A DNA stretch of 64,000 bases from a virus (taxonomy: Duplodnaviria; Caudoviricetes), in IMG/VR virus record IMGVR_UViG_2627853916_000003, positions 1 through 64,000 of that record; one strand, 5' to 3'. The notes under the pieces were generated by a model that had not been told where the DNA came from, searched no databases, and saw only the letters and a list, made by a program, of their open reading frames with translations. Of the stretch, positions 1-10,763 are shown in pieces; position 1 is the stretch's first letter; the number at the start of each line of letters is the position of its first letter. The position numbers and the translations under genes were made by a program.

Positions 1-975
1 GGAATTTCAAACAACACCCACCAGCAACAAAACACATAAGAAAAATAAGAAATATAAATATCATCTGTCGCTTTTCAAAAACAAAATAAACGAGGTGTAA
101 GCTAAATCACCTATACATTTTCAGCGAACCTGTACACTTTTAATAAGGGCAGAGATCGTCGTAGCAACTTTAGGATTTGCAACTATTCAATAGTTAGTAC
201 CAATCGAGCAGTTGCCTACATTGCGGTTTGTAGTTCATTTTGAACAGAGAGAACAGGTTTGAGAATAAGCCTCGTCCGTTGGGAGCGGTTTCCTAGATGC
301 TAATAGTTGCACCTGATATAGTTGCTTCAACAAACTGACTCCTGACTGTTTCGCTGCGCATCGACTCCAAATAGTTGAGTTTAATGCTGCTAACGGATAA
401 CTTGATGGAAGCCCATTTTGATGAATTGGTTAAAAAAAGCCGTTTTTCACCTCATGTGTCGTGAGAGTTTCCGGTTTAAATTTAAGATGTTATATAATCG
501 GCCTAGTTTGAATATGATGGAGCTACATACACAACGTCGAATGTTTATAGACAAACACAAAGACGTTGATTAACCTCGGTGATGTACAGAAAGTGAGCAA
601 TCAAACAGAAAACCTCGCCTGTTAGGTTCTGTATCAGGGCTATTTTTAGCTAGATGCAATAAAATGAATACATTCGCGGTGGAAAAAAGCTTTATACCAT
701 TTCGCCGTTTGTAAAATCGGCTAGTTATCTGGAATACTAGAAAAATATTTCGATGGGACAAATTCTATCGAATACATGTGGGATTATGTTTATAGACATA
801 AAAAAAGGCTGGATTCAAAGAACCCAACCTTTAATTACTGGAGGCAATTATGTAATCACCAACCAAGCTCGAAGCAGCTAGAAAGCTTCACTTCGTGCAT
901 GCGGGTAAACGATGGCGGCCACCATCAAAAACCCTTGTGCGTTGTCTTTAACCATTGACCTTGGAAGGGTTTAAT

Positions 976-1050
976 ATGGGAAAAGTTATCGATCTGATGA
1001 TTGCGATCATCAATTTTGTAACAGCCCTAGTGCAAGCACTATTAGGCTAA
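976..1050 (+). CDS. DinQ-like type I toxin peptide (24 aa, MGKVIDLMIAIINFVTALVQALLG)
   Basis: Hand-translated. Single hydrophobic helix; SD GGAAGGG with a complementary AAACCCTT upstream (about 929-936); hairpin GGGGgagcaatCCCCC downstream. Confidence 0.65.
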   Translation: MGKVIDLMIAIINFVTALVQALLG

Positions 1051-1149
1051 TCGACTAACGGGGGAGCAATCCCCCAAACAACGCTTATTTATACCCAATA
1101 TTGATTAATTAAACGCTTTGAGTCAAGTTTGGATTGAATCCATCTTGGC

Positions 1150-1305
1150 TTACTGCGCTACGCCTAACGAAACCATCAATTTCTCAACCACCAAGTACCA
1201 AGCCCAAAAAGGGATTATGCAAAGCAATGTACTGAAAAAGCCTTTCGCCAGTACAAATCCGGCCAACCAAGCTACGCCGGAAATCAAACTTACTAGGTAT
1301 TTCAC
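1150..1305 (-). CDS. Small membrane protein
   Basis: Hydrophobic 3' part of track ORF 1150..1569 from GTG (KYLVSLISGVAWLAGF...); follows 1322..1606 in the same orientation. Confidence 0.5.
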   Translation of the reverse strand: MKYLVSLISGVAWLAGFVLAKGFFSTLLCIIPFWAWYLVVEKLMVSLGVAQ

Positions 1306-1321
1306 GAACCTACCTTTCTGA

Positions 1322-1606
1322 TTAGATCTTACTTTCCTTGCACTTATCGCACTTACATCCGTGCAAATGATACGGAAATGTGTTGTCCAGCTCGACATAC
1401 CATTGGCCATGCTCGAAGCAGTAAAACAACTCCCAAATAGGCGTTGAGTAGTCACGCATCCACTGGCGAACGCGCTCCGGCAATGGCTTTTGAGGCTCAA
1501 GGATCTCGTTACGCAGATAATCTCGCTCTGCTTCCAATTCCGCGATCCGACTCTCCAAGCGTTGAACACGGTTCGACACCCAAAGCTCGTACTGTTGGTG
1601 CTGCAT
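1322..1606 (-). CDS. Hypothetical protein with coiled coil and C-terminal Cys/His cluster
   Basis: Directly downstream of the rep-like gene, with AGGA SD. Confidence 0.6.
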   Translation of the reverse strand: MQHQQYELWVSNRVQRLESRIAELEAERDYLRNEILEPQKPLPERVRQWMRDYSTPIWELFYCFEHGQWYVELDNTFPYHLHGCKCDKCKESKI

Positions 1607-1615
1607 AGCTAGTCC

Positions 1616-2500
1616 TTACACGTAGCGAACTTGCACACGGTTGAATTGGTCACGGTAGTATTCTGGCTTGCCGCTAACCACTTGCTCAACTGCCTTGCAA
1701 ACCTTGTTCACACTAGCTTTAACGGCGCTTGCAGCCTTGTTGTGCCAGCTAGCAATCACAAACTTAAGGTATGCCACGAACTTAGGCGCTAAAGGCTGTT
1801 GGTGCTTGTTGTACAGCTTGATAACACGACGAGCTCCACTAGCTGATAGACGGCCTTGCTTAGCAGCTAGTTGAAGTTGTTTTACTTCATCTGCGTCACG
1901 TTTGAAGATCTTCAAAAACCAAGAATCAGACGGGATACCGTTATTAATTTTATTTTTACTCTCTGTAGAGAGATCTTTTGTATTTATAGTGCCATTTTCG
2001 TTTTTGTCTGATTGCTCGAAAGCCTTGTCAGCACTGGCCTCAAGAGGTTTTTCCACAGAAGACCCCCCTGAGTGCCATTTTTGTCTATTAAAACGCTTTT
2101 GTGCAGCTTGTAGCGCGTATTTGTATGCACCAGCGAACATGTTTTGGATGGCATCTACGCATAGAGTGATGTGACGTAGATTCTGACCTGTTGCATTGTT
2201 TGGCTTCTGTTCTCGAACAATTAAGTTCAAGTCTGCTGCTGTTTTCAGTTGTTTTTTGAGAGTGTCAAAAGTGGTTGGACGACAACCATAGCGATCGCAG
2301 TTCTCGTTGTAGACCTGTACCAATCGAGTAGTTGATGCAAAGCAGGTATGGCCATGCTTAAGAATATGGCTTGAGATAGTTTCTAGTAGGCAAGCAAGTT
2401 TACGTTGTGCCGATGGTTTATTGGCTTTGATATTGGAGGCTTGGGTTCTGAATCCTGACTTCCAGTAGCAAGGATGCAGTAAAAGCGGTGTGTTTTGCAT
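1616..2500 (-). CDS. Putative replication initiator (winged-HTH, RepL/Rep-like)
   Basis: Basic 294-aa protein; CFASTTRL...TLKKQLKTAADLNLIVREQ resembles the HTH of replication proteins; long structured leader. Confidence 0.55.
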   Translation of the reverse strand: MQNTPLLLHPCYWKSGFRTQASNIKANKPSAQRKLACLLETISSHILKHGHTCFASTTRLVQVYNENCDRYGCRPTTFDTLKKQLKTAADLNLIVREQKPNNATGQNLRHITLCVDAIQNMFAGAYKYALQAAQKRFNRQKWHSGGSSVEKPLEASADKAFEQSDKNENGTINTKDLSTESKNKINNGIPSDSWFLKIFKRDADEVKQLQLAAKQGRLSASGARRVIKLYNKHQQPLAPKFVAYLKFVIASWHNKAASAVKASVNKVCKAVEQVVSGKPEYYRDQFNRVQVRYV

Positions 2501-2659
2501 AAAATTCGCTCAAAAAAAAGGCGTAAAAATTTGCCACCGATCTCTTTGAACGTTATACTTACACCTGTTTCGTGATGTAATTTTTGTTAACGTTCGCTGA
2601 GATTGATGCTGCTGAGATTGATGCTCAATCCAAACTGTTAAATAAATTACTAACCATTT

Positions 2660-2826
2660 GAGGCATTAGTCGCCAAACTAAATGTCTCGCCTGATTAGGC
2701 TTCGGTCTAATTCATTACGGCATACTGACTTTCCTTAAGTTCGTTTGTCGTGACGCTTTAAGTTTGCCGCTTAAAGCTCGATTTCAGTAAGAAAGCCCGC
2801 TCGCCAAAGCGGGCTTTTTTATTTTC
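2660..2826 (+). ncRNA. Putative antisense (CopA/Inc-like) replication control RNA
   Basis: Several hairpins antisense to the rep leader, two with CGCCAAA loops; ends in AAGCCCGCTCGCCAAAGCGGGCTTTTTT. Confidence 0.45.
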
Positions 2827-3046
2827 TGCTGCCCGAAATCGAATCACTTTCTCTCTATCACGGCATCGCCATGATCTAATTACAGAAAAACTCCCCTATT
2901 ATTGATCGTAAATGGTTGATCAAACAAGTCCCTTTATCAAAGCGATTCCGAACAAGTGGCGTTACCATCTGGCGCAAGAGTTTACCAAAAATTTTATCTA
3001 TTTAAACTCCTTTTAGACGTGCTAATATTCCGAACACGCCTAATTT

Positions 3047-3055
3047 TGTGGATAA
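3047..3055 (-). promoter_or_regulatory. DnaA box (TTATCCACA)
   Basis: Exact consensus match (TGTGGATAA on +) near an AT-rich stretch and several GATC; function unproven. Confidence 0.3.
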
Positions 3056-3416
3056 GTCTGTGATGAAATTTACTCCCCCACCAAGTGCTGAACAGCAATT
3101 AGAAACTCAAGTTAACCAATTAAAACAAGAACTTAAGCGCCGTCAATTTCCGAAAAAGAACGCGCCAACGTTACCGTTAGATTTGTTAGTAACAATCTCA
3201 GGTTGCACCTTTAAATTACATAGCCAAACAGACGGCAGACTCGTTCTAAAGGCCGATAAGGCGATTAACTTTGATAAGGGCGTCAATGTGTTGCGCTCAA
3301 TCTCTTACATCGCTGGCGCGCGAGATAGCGTGTCTATTGCGGGTTGGGACTGGCGACCTACGCATTTCAAGAAAGATAAACTGTACTTGCGTCCTGTCGC
3401 GCCTACTGATTTATAA
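3048..3416 (+). CDS. Hypothetical protein
   Basis: Isolated 122-aa ORF preceded by the ATTCCGAACAC motif. Confidence 0.55.
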   Translation: MDKSVMKFTPPPSAEQQLETQVNQLKQELKRRQFPKKNAPTLPLDLLVTISGCTFKLHSQTDGRLVLKADKAINFDKGVNVLRSISYIAGARDSVSIAGWDWRPTHFKKDKLYLRPVAPTDL

Positions 3417-3506
3417 AATTCCGAATTGGCCACCAGCATTTTCGATTAATTAGACCGTTTTCGACGAGAAAAATTAACCGCTGGTGGCGCTTTTTAAATG
3501 ATCAAC

Positions 3507-4460
3507 TTATTGGAATTTTCGTGATGAAGATCCGAAGTTGACGAATTGCTGTTTAATTTGAGGGCTAACACCCACTTTTTGCTCTACTGGAACGTAGCGA
3601 TTTGTCGGTAAAGTCGCCAGTTTTCGAGAACCTAGCGACTCAAACATCGCTCGAACCACTTGATGATCTTCATCGCTGGCCATGTTCGAGATCGCCTTGC
3701 GCTGCGCATCGGTCACGTAGATAGGTAAAGAGTCCACAATATCAAGCAGCATCGAGGTTGCCTTAGCGTTTTGCTCTACCTGTTCACGCAATTCTGCGTT
3801 CACGCTTTCTAGGTACATAAGCTGGTTAGTAAGATCACCGACAAGCTCAATATTGGTCTGTTGAGTCATGTTTGCGTAGATATTACGCGCCGATTCCTCA
3901 TCAAAACCTTGTTCCTGTAGCGATTCGAGGATCATTTGCTCTCTGTTCGCGCTTTCCATCATCATGGCCGGATGGTTTAGGCTGATATAGTTCGGCTGCA
4001 ACACGTAGTCCATACCGTGATATGAAGTCGTGATCGATGCCTCGCGTGTATCTTGGCCACCAGTCGCCCAACTCCAACCACCAGCACGGCTATTGTGCAA
4101 ACCTAAAGCGATACGGCCTGTATCGGTATCTAAAAACTCTTGAGTGTGTTCAACAATACCGTCATCTGAACAGGTGATAGAGACAGTGCGGTTAGATGGC
4201 ACGTTTTCTACCACAACCGGACGACCATTAATCATGATCACCTCAGTTTCACCGATTGAGAGTTTATTAGCGCGTTGGCGTGATTGATGGCCATAGTAAC
4301 CATACGCTTCGCCTAGTCGTAGTAGCTCTTGAGTTCGTGGGCTGTTGATCATCGCTTGCACGGCTTTGATGATGTAATTGCGCTTGTTGGCGCTAAGCTT
4401 GCGACCGTCATTGAATAGGCTGAAACGGTCGGATACTTGTTTAAGTGCTTTTGCTGTCAC
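3507..4460 (-). CDS. pro: Prohead processing protease (P1 Pro-like)
   Basis: GYYGH and GGWSWATGG motifs; directly downstream of portal. Confidence 0.85.
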   Translation of the reverse strand: MTAKALKQVSDRFSLFNDGRKLSANKRNYIIKAVQAMINSPRTQELLRLGEAYGYYGHQSRQRANKLSIGETEVIMINGRPVVVENVPSNRTVSITCSDDGIVEHTQEFLDTDTGRIALGLHNSRAGGWSWATGGQDTREASITTSYHGMDYVLQPNYISLNHPAMMMESANREQMILESLQEQGFDEESARNIYANMTQQTNIELVGDLTNQLMYLESVNAELREQVEQNAKATSMLLDIVDSLPIYVTDAQRKAISNMASDEDHQVVRAMFESLGSRKLATLPTNRYVPVEQKVGVSPQIKQQFVNFGSSSRKFQ

Positions 4461-4473
4461 TTTCTTTTCTCCA

Positions 4474-6147
4474 TTAATGGCTTTGGATTTCGGTTAGTAG
4501 GTCGAGAACTACGTCTCTAACGAATCGTTCCGCTTCGCTTTGGTCTGTCATGCCAATGGATTCCATCATCTTGTCGTTTTTAGAGACTTGAGCGGCCAGC
4601 TCGGAAATGACTTCCTTGGCCAACTCGGAATCGAGGCCAATAACAGACGTGTAAAGGTGATTTTTGAGTTTTTCGGATTTGCCGATTGGGGATTGCTCGA
4701 TAAGGTCAAGCACGGTGGCCAGCATGGTTGCGTAGTTCGCTTGAGATTCCATTGCATCGGCTTTCTCTTGCTCAATAGCGGTATTGAGAGAGTTAAAGCG
4801 GATCTCGAATGGCATATCGTTATCGCTCCACACCTTGCCGTCTCGGTAGATGGTGTGAATATCGATGGCGCGTTTAACGAACTTCACCACGGCTGCGCGG
4901 ATTTGGTTGGCGCGTAGTGCAGATTGAATGGAAGCGCGGAAGAAACCACCCTCACCTAGTCCACCAGATAGCAGATCACCAAAACCAAGCATGGACGGGT
5001 CTACGCCAAGCGTTCCCGCCAAGCGTTTAAGGTGAAACATAATATCTTCGATGTGAGAGATATTCGGGTCAGTGGTAAAGGTATCGATCTGCAAGCCACC
5101 TTTAGCACCACCCATAAATGGCAATAGCGTGTTGATGACGGTTGGGATGAAACCTAGCTTGCGGGAACGGTCTACCACCTCTTGACGGTCTTGTTTCATC
5201 TGGTCAGCGACCATGTTGATGTATTCCGCAGCTCCCGCCGCATCCAAGCCGTCAGTGTTTACCGCCACCATGCGATCGATAAGCGAAGCATTCACACGAC
5301 TCGCGCCTAGCGCTGCAATGGACTGGCGAAGCATCGACCAAGCCTCAAAACAGGTAAGCAGAATCGATGTGCCGTAGTTCTGCGTCTCGATTGGTAGGCG
5401 TGAATACGCATCGTCATAGAGTGAGTAGCGCTGGCCAGTGTAGTTCACTGGTGGCAAGTCCATATCTGGTCGCCAGATTGGCATTTTGAGCGGGATTAGC
5501 GCCCAAGGTTCGGCAAGGCGTACCTGTTCGCCGTTCGCTCGTGTTTGGAGATATTCCGCAGTAAAGCCAGCCAGTTCGCCCGAACGTTCGTACTCACGTA
5601 TTTGGTTAGGTAAGGTGTAATAGTTGGCCTCAAAGTGAGTGATGCCGACACCCTCTTTCGTGTACGGACGAACGTAGTTAACCCCATAAACCAGCGTTGA
5701 ATACGTCCAGTTCATTAGGTTGTCGTTGATTGGCGCTAGTAATTCTCGATTAAGACGGCCTACATACTCTGCGTATTTCTCATCGGTGGGATGAAGATAC
5801 ACGGCCATGCCATGATCGTTTGATACCGAAAGAGCGTGACCAAGGTGCAGATTGAGCGCGGCATCAATCGTGCTGTCCTCGGCCATTTCCTTGAGTATCG
5901 GATATAGCATGAAGCGATCTTTTGGCAGCTTATGAAGAAAAAAGCGGTCTGAGCTCTTTCGACCGTCATTGGTCAAAGCGCCGTTGCTTTCATCTAATTG
6001 GTTATCGCGATCGTGGAATGGCGATCCCGTGTATCCAGCACCAGATTCAAAACTAATCCCACTCTCTTTATCGTCATTCTCGTTAAAGAAAGGGAACGCT
6101 TGTTTTAAAGCTGCCGCCAGTCCAATTGATGCCTTGTTTTGCGACAT
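4474..6147 (-). CDS. prt: Portal protein (P1 Prt-like)
   Basis: 557 aa; LSGGLGEGGFFR motif as in P1 Prt; synteny. Confidence 0.9.
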   Translation of the reverse strand: MSQNKASIGLAAALKQAFPFFNENDDKESGISFESGAGYTGSPFHDRDNQLDESNGALTNDGRKSSDRFFLHKLPKDRFMLYPILKEMAEDSTIDAALNLHLGHALSVSNDHGMAVYLHPTDEKYAEYVGRLNRELLAPINDNLMNWTYSTLVYGVNYVRPYTKEGVGITHFEANYYTLPNQIREYERSGELAGFTAEYLQTRANGEQVRLAEPWALIPLKMPIWRPDMDLPPVNYTGQRYSLYDDAYSRLPIETQNYGTSILLTCFEAWSMLRQSIAALGASRVNASLIDRMVAVNTDGLDAAGAAEYINMVADQMKQDRQEVVDRSRKLGFIPTVINTLLPFMGGAKGGLQIDTFTTDPNISHIEDIMFHLKRLAGTLGVDPSMLGFGDLLSGGLGEGGFFRASIQSALRANQIRAAVVKFVKRAIDIHTIYRDGKVWSDNDMPFEIRFNSLNTAIEQEKADAMESQANYATMLATVLDLIEQSPIGKSEKLKNHLYTSVIGLDSELAKEVISELAAQVSKNDKMMESIGMTDQSEAERFVRDVVLDLLTEIQSH

Positions 6148-6527
6148 GTGCGACCTCAGTTAGTTGAGGCGCTTTTTACAGGGATGGGGATGATTTTTGA
6201 TGATAGCGCATCGCGTCAATGTGACCAATACGCTAATAAATCATTGATTTTTGTTGGATTAAATTTTTTCAGTCAAAGTTCAATTGCTTGCCTTTTAAAC
6301 ATGGTTACTCACTGAAAACACTAATTTTTCGCCTTGATAGCGTGCTGTGTGTTCGGAATAATCAGCTCGTCCCTAAAAATCTACTTCCTTAGATATTTTA
6401 GATTATTCATTAACTTAAATTGATATTGATAGTGGCGTTTTTTTGGGATGGGGAATAGGAAAGGAAAAAGTCGGGCGAAAGCTCGACTTTTTTTTTGGCT
6501 TTTATCCAAAAAATAAAAGGCAAGTTC

Positions 6528-9500
6528 ATGAACACTGATTTAATCCGCAGTATTGAACAGGCGACAACAATCGATGAACTGGTACGCCAGTTTGAAGCCT
6601 TGCTCGCTGTCGATATTAGCGATACTCCAAAAGGCCACCAGCGCCTTAAGGCTAACCAACTAGCCAAAGACATTCTCGCCAAGTACAACGGCGACTACTC
6701 CAACATTTCACCCGAAGATAAAGCAGCTCTGCGCGACTACACAGGTTTTGGCGGTATCGGCGGCTCTACCAACGAATACTACACGCCTAAATGGCTGGCG
6801 AGCGCGACTTGGGATGCAGTTCGTTCCTATGGCTTTGATGGCGGTAGCGTACTTGAACCAAGTTCGGGCGTGGGCGTATTTAGCGAAACCAAACCTAAAG
6901 GCACACTGACTACATCCGTAGAAATGGATCAGACCTCGGCGGCCATTAACCAAATTCTTCACCCCGAAGACCATGTAATTCAATCGGCATTCGAAGCCGT
7001 GGCCAGCAATCCCGATATTGGCGATTTCGACCTAGTGATCGGCAACCCGCCTTACGGTGTTCGTGATGCTAGTGCGATGAAAGACAAAGCGTACAAAGAC
7101 ATTAAGTACGCCGATCAGTATTTCGTTTCTCGTTCTATCGATAAAGCGAAAGCTGGTGGCTTGATTGCCCTAGTGCTTCCAACTCGTATTTGTGATGCGA
7201 AAAACCTTGAGAAGTGGCGTACACAACTCGCACTTAAAGCGGAGTTCTTGGGCGCACACCGACTACCAACGGGCACGTTCGCTGATACGGGCGTAGTGAC
7301 TGACCTTGTTATCTGGCGCAAACACAGCGACCAAGCGAAAGCACTGATTGATAGTGCCGACCGTGACACGCTGATTGAATCTAACGTGCTTTGGGATACT
7401 TGGCTTAAAGGTAAGTGGTTCGAGCGCGAGGGCAAGAAATTCATCAACGGCGAACAGACTGTTGAGGGCGTAGGTAAGTTTGCGCGCAAAGTCGTGAAGC
7501 GTGGCAACCGTTCTAACGAGGACATTAAACAGTCCCTAATGCGCCGCTTTAACAGCCGTATCGACTGGATGTTGCTTGATGAATCGGTAAGTGAGCCAGT
7601 GAGCGCGAAATACTCCGAGGGCGACACAATGTTCCGCAATGGCCAGCAATACGAAATGATTGATGGCGAATGGGAAGTGTCCGAAAGCAACGCGAAAACA
7701 GGCGTTATCAGCAAGGCGACCTATGGCGTAGATAACACCGATGAGATCGGTTCTATCACCTACTCTACTGAATCGATGCTTAAGCTATCGGCCAGCCAAG
7801 CGCTACAGATTTTCGAAGATTACGGCTACTTGTGTCATGACGACTTTAAAGCCCTAATGCGCGAGATTGCCAAGCTGCCAAAAGCGAGCCAAGAACACGC
7901 TTACAAAGGCATTCTACTTGGCATGAAAGTTCAAACGCTTGCAACGCTGGTTGCGGGTAGCCGAACCACATCCAATAGCGACTTGGCCAACATGGCAATG
8001 GGCGCGGAGGACTTCCAGACCGAACAATATCGCGTGAAGTTAAGCGGCGAAGTGTTAGAGCTGAACGCACTAATGGGCGGCTCTAAGGTATCGAAGAAAG
8101 CGCTAAGCAACTTGAGCGAGAAGTACGTCTCTGCATGGAATTACTACCACTCATCGATCGATTCCAAGGGCAAACTGTCTGACCTACTCAAAGGCAACCT
8201 TAAGCGTGAACTTACTGTTCAATACAGTTCGTCTCGCATTGGTGACGTATTCCATCTATGTGACCGTGAGCTAGGCATAACCACACTGACACTGCATGAC
8301 GTTCGCACGTATTACACCGCCAGCAGTATCGATACGATGAGCGATGAGCAGTTGCTTGATTACCTAGCGAGCATGGATGAGGTAGCCGTAAACCCTGACG
8401 GTACGGTGACAGCTTTCCACAAAGCGACGACTGGCCTAGTCGGTAAACGCATGGATCAGTTGACCACACAATTAGTATCGGCCACCAGCGATACCGTGAA
8501 AGCTAACATCATGCGCCAAATCCAAGCCATCGAATCTAAGCGAAACAAGATCTCGATTGCCGATGTGAAGATGAAGCTTACCGATAAGTGGATTCCTAAA
8601 AACATCATGCTTGAGTTCCTGCATGATCGTGGCTACACGGAATTTATCTTGGGCGACTTTACCGAGGATAAGGACGGCTTTGAAGATTTCGTGCAAAGCG
8701 AATCTGGCCAATACCTCACTGGCTACCGTTGGCGTGATGGCGAATGGATTGATGGCCTAACTCGTAATGGCGTGAAAGGTAAAGCAGCGAACAGCGATGA
8801 GCGATTCGAGCGTCAAATTGAATCGTACATTAACTATGGTGCGGTTCGTGGCGGTAGTAAGAACGAAGATAAATCACTTATCCGTGAGCAAATGCGCCGC
8901 CTCGATGATGAGTTTTCTACATGGATTGCATCATCTGACCATTCAGAATACTTGGAACAGGTTTACAACAATACGTTTAACGGTTGGATTAAACCGGAGT
9001 TCGATGACACTCCATTATCGCTAGATGGCGTATCTGGTGCGATTGAGTTCCTACCTTACCAAAACTCAACGATTCGCCGTCACAGTGCAGACGGTAACGG
9101 CATTATTGCCTTTGGTACTGGCTTGGGTAAAACGCTCACTGGCCTTGGTCTAGTGCAGTACAACCTAGAAACCAAACGTGCAAACCGTGTGGCCATCGTT
9201 GTTCCTAAATCAGTGTTAGAGAACTGGTTCTATGAAGCCGATCTGTTCTTTGGTGAAAGCAATCTATCTGACAAGGTATTTATCGGCCTTGAGGTTCACA
9301 AAGACGATGACGGCAAAATCATTCGGGAACCGGTATTAGATGAAACGGGCGAACCTAAGCTAGACAAGAAAGGCGATCCTATCTTGCGCGCCAAACTGAC
9401 CGTGGACACCAACGGCAAGCGCGTAGCAGAACAGCTCCACCAGCTTACACAGTCAACCGCTCGCATCGTGGTAATGACAAAAGACGTGTACAACCGCATT

Positions 9501-10763
9501 CCATTGAAGCCGGACACGATTACGGCCAACGTGCTTGAAATGCGCGATGCTGGTTTGATTGCTGGTTCAAGCAAGCTAGTTAAGGAAGCGGAAAGCCACA
9601 CAGAGAAAGCGAAGAACGCGCGCTTTGAAGCGAAATACGCTGACGATGGCACGGCCAAAAACGAAGAACTACCGTACTTCGAGGACTTGCTATTCGACTC
9701 CGTTATGGTCGATGAGGCGCATGATTTCCGTAACTCGTACAAGGGCGGCTCATACCGAAATAACCTGGCATTTTTGCCTAGCCAAGCTCAAGCCGATCGC
9801 GCTATCGATATGCAGCTTAAGAACAACGTCATTAAGGCGCGCAATGACGGTCGAGGCGTTTACTTCCTAACAGCTACGCCAACCGTAAACAGCCCTGTTG
9901 ATATGTTCAATATGCTGTCCCACATCATTCCGGCAGACACGTTTGCCAAGATGGGTATCTTTGACAGCGACGACTTTATCCGCATGTTTGGTAAGACTGG
10001 CGAAGCGCTGGTTACTAAGATTTCGGGCGAAGTTGAACAGCGTGAAGCCCTACTCGGATTCCAAAACCTAGACGCACTTCGAAACATCGTTAACCGCTAC
10101 ATGACGATCGAGGATGCTAAATCCGTTGGTGCCAACGTTCACATTCCTGACCTAATTAGTCAGCAAAGCTTTGTCCAAATGAATAGCGAACAGGAAGCGC
10201 TATATGAGGAACTACGCCAACGCGCTGACGCTATCAGCAATCCAGACAAAGACGAAAACCAAGAAATCTTAGAGCAATACCCTAACGACACGGTTTTTGG
10301 CCTAATCCGTAAAATGGACAAGGTAAGTACAGACCTTGATTTGTACTATGAGCGTGTTACCTACCGATTCGCCAAGGACAGCAAGAAAGAGGTTGAGGCG
10401 GCAGTAGCCAAGCTACCAAATACCGTCACAGTCACTTTTGAGGATGTAGCACCAGACGGCACGGTTAAGCTAAGCAAAATCCAAGTTAAGGTTGATAAGA
10501 GCGTTAAGGTCGAGGGCGATCACTGCGTGGTTCAGCTCCACCAGCAACTTGATGACAAGTTCACAAGCATTTGTGACAAAGCTAAGTTGAAATTTACGCA
10601 CCCTGTCTCTCCTAAGTACGCCAAGTTCCTTGAGAACGCGCGCGAGATTTATCTGGCTGGCGGCAAGCAGCTTGTCTTTACCGAAGAAAAACACAGCACA
10701 AAAAACTGGCTCGCATCATTGCGGATTTTGTTGGTTGCAAGCTGTCTGAAATCGGTATTTTGA
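6528..10763 (+). CDS. darB: DarB N-terminal part: N6-adenine MTase plus SNF2 helicase N domain (frameshifted)
   Basis: EPSSGVG and NPPY MTase motifs; GTGLGKT and DEAH helicase motifs; frame breaks at the A5 run 10687-10691. Confidence 0.9.
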   Translation: MNTDLIRSIEQATTIDELVRQFEALLAVDISDTPKGHQRLKANQLAKDILAKYNGDYSNISPEDKAALRDYTGFGGIGGSTNEYYTPKWLASATWDAVRSYGFDGGSVLEPSSGVGVFSETKPKGTLTTSVEMDQTSAAINQILHPEDHVIQSAFEAVASNPDIGDFDLVIGNPPYGVRDASAMKDKAYKDIKYADQYFVSRSIDKAKAGGLIALVLPTRICDAKNLEKWRTQLALKAEFLGAHRLPTGTFADTGVVTDLVIWRKHSDQAKALIDSADRDTLIESNVLWDTWLKGKWFEREGKKFINGEQTVEGVGKFARKVVKRGNRSNEDIKQSLMRRFNSRIDWMLLDESVSEPVSAKYSEGDTMFRNGQQYEMIDGEWEVSESNAKTGVISKATYGVDNTDEIGSITYSTESMLKLSASQALQIFEDYGYLCHDDFKALMREIAKLPKASQEHAYKGILLGMKVQTLATLVAGSRTTSNSDLANMAMGAEDFQTEQYRVKLSGEVLELNALMGGSKVSKKALSNLSEKYVSAWNYYHSSIDSKGKLSDLLKGNLKRELTVQYSSSRIGDVFHLCDRELGITTLTLHDVRTYYTASSIDTMSDEQLLDYLASMDEVAVNPDGTVTAFHKATTGLVGKRMDQLTTQLVSATSDTVKANIMRQIQAIESKRNKISIADVKMKLTDKWIPKNIMLEFLHDRGYTEFILGDFTEDKDGFEDFVQSESGQYLTGYRWRDGEWIDGLTRNGVKGKAANSDERFERQIESYINYGAVRGGSKNEDKSLIREQMRRLDDEFSTWIASSDHSEYLEQVYNNTFNGWIKPEFDDTPLSLDGVSGAIEFLPYQNSTIRRHSADGNGIIAFGTGLGKTLTGLGLVQYNLETKRANRVAIVVPKSVLENWFYEADLFFGESNLSDKVFIGLEVHKDDDGKIIREPVLDETGEPKLDKKGDPILRAKLTVDTNGKRVAEQLHQLTQSTARIVVMTKDVYNRIPLKPDTITANVLEMRDAGLIAGSSKLVKEAESHTEKAKNARFEAKYADDGTAKNEELPYFEDLLFDSVMVDEAHDFRNSYKGGSYRNNLAFLPSQAQADRAIDMQLKNNVIKARNDGRGVYFLTATPTVNSPVDMFNMLSHIIPADTFAKMGIFDSDDFIRMFGKTGEALVTKISGEVEQREALLGFQNLDALRNIVNRYMTIEDAKSVGANVHIPDLISQQSFVQMNSEQEALYEELRQRADAISNPDKDENQEILEQYPNDTVFGLIRKMDKVSTDLDLYYERVTYRFAKDSKKEVEAAVAKLPNTVTVTFEDVAPDGTVKLSKIQVKVDKSVKVEGDHCVVQLHQQLDDKFTSICDKAKLKFTHPVSPKYAKFLENAREIYLAGGKQLVFTEEKHSTKNWLASLRILLVASCLKSVF

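Noticed and set aside
1-770. Coding region at the window start
   Set aside because: All frames I checked are interrupted; no recognisable product
2596-2625. GCTGAGATTGATGCT tandem duplication as iterons
   Set aside because: Only two abutting 15-bp copies
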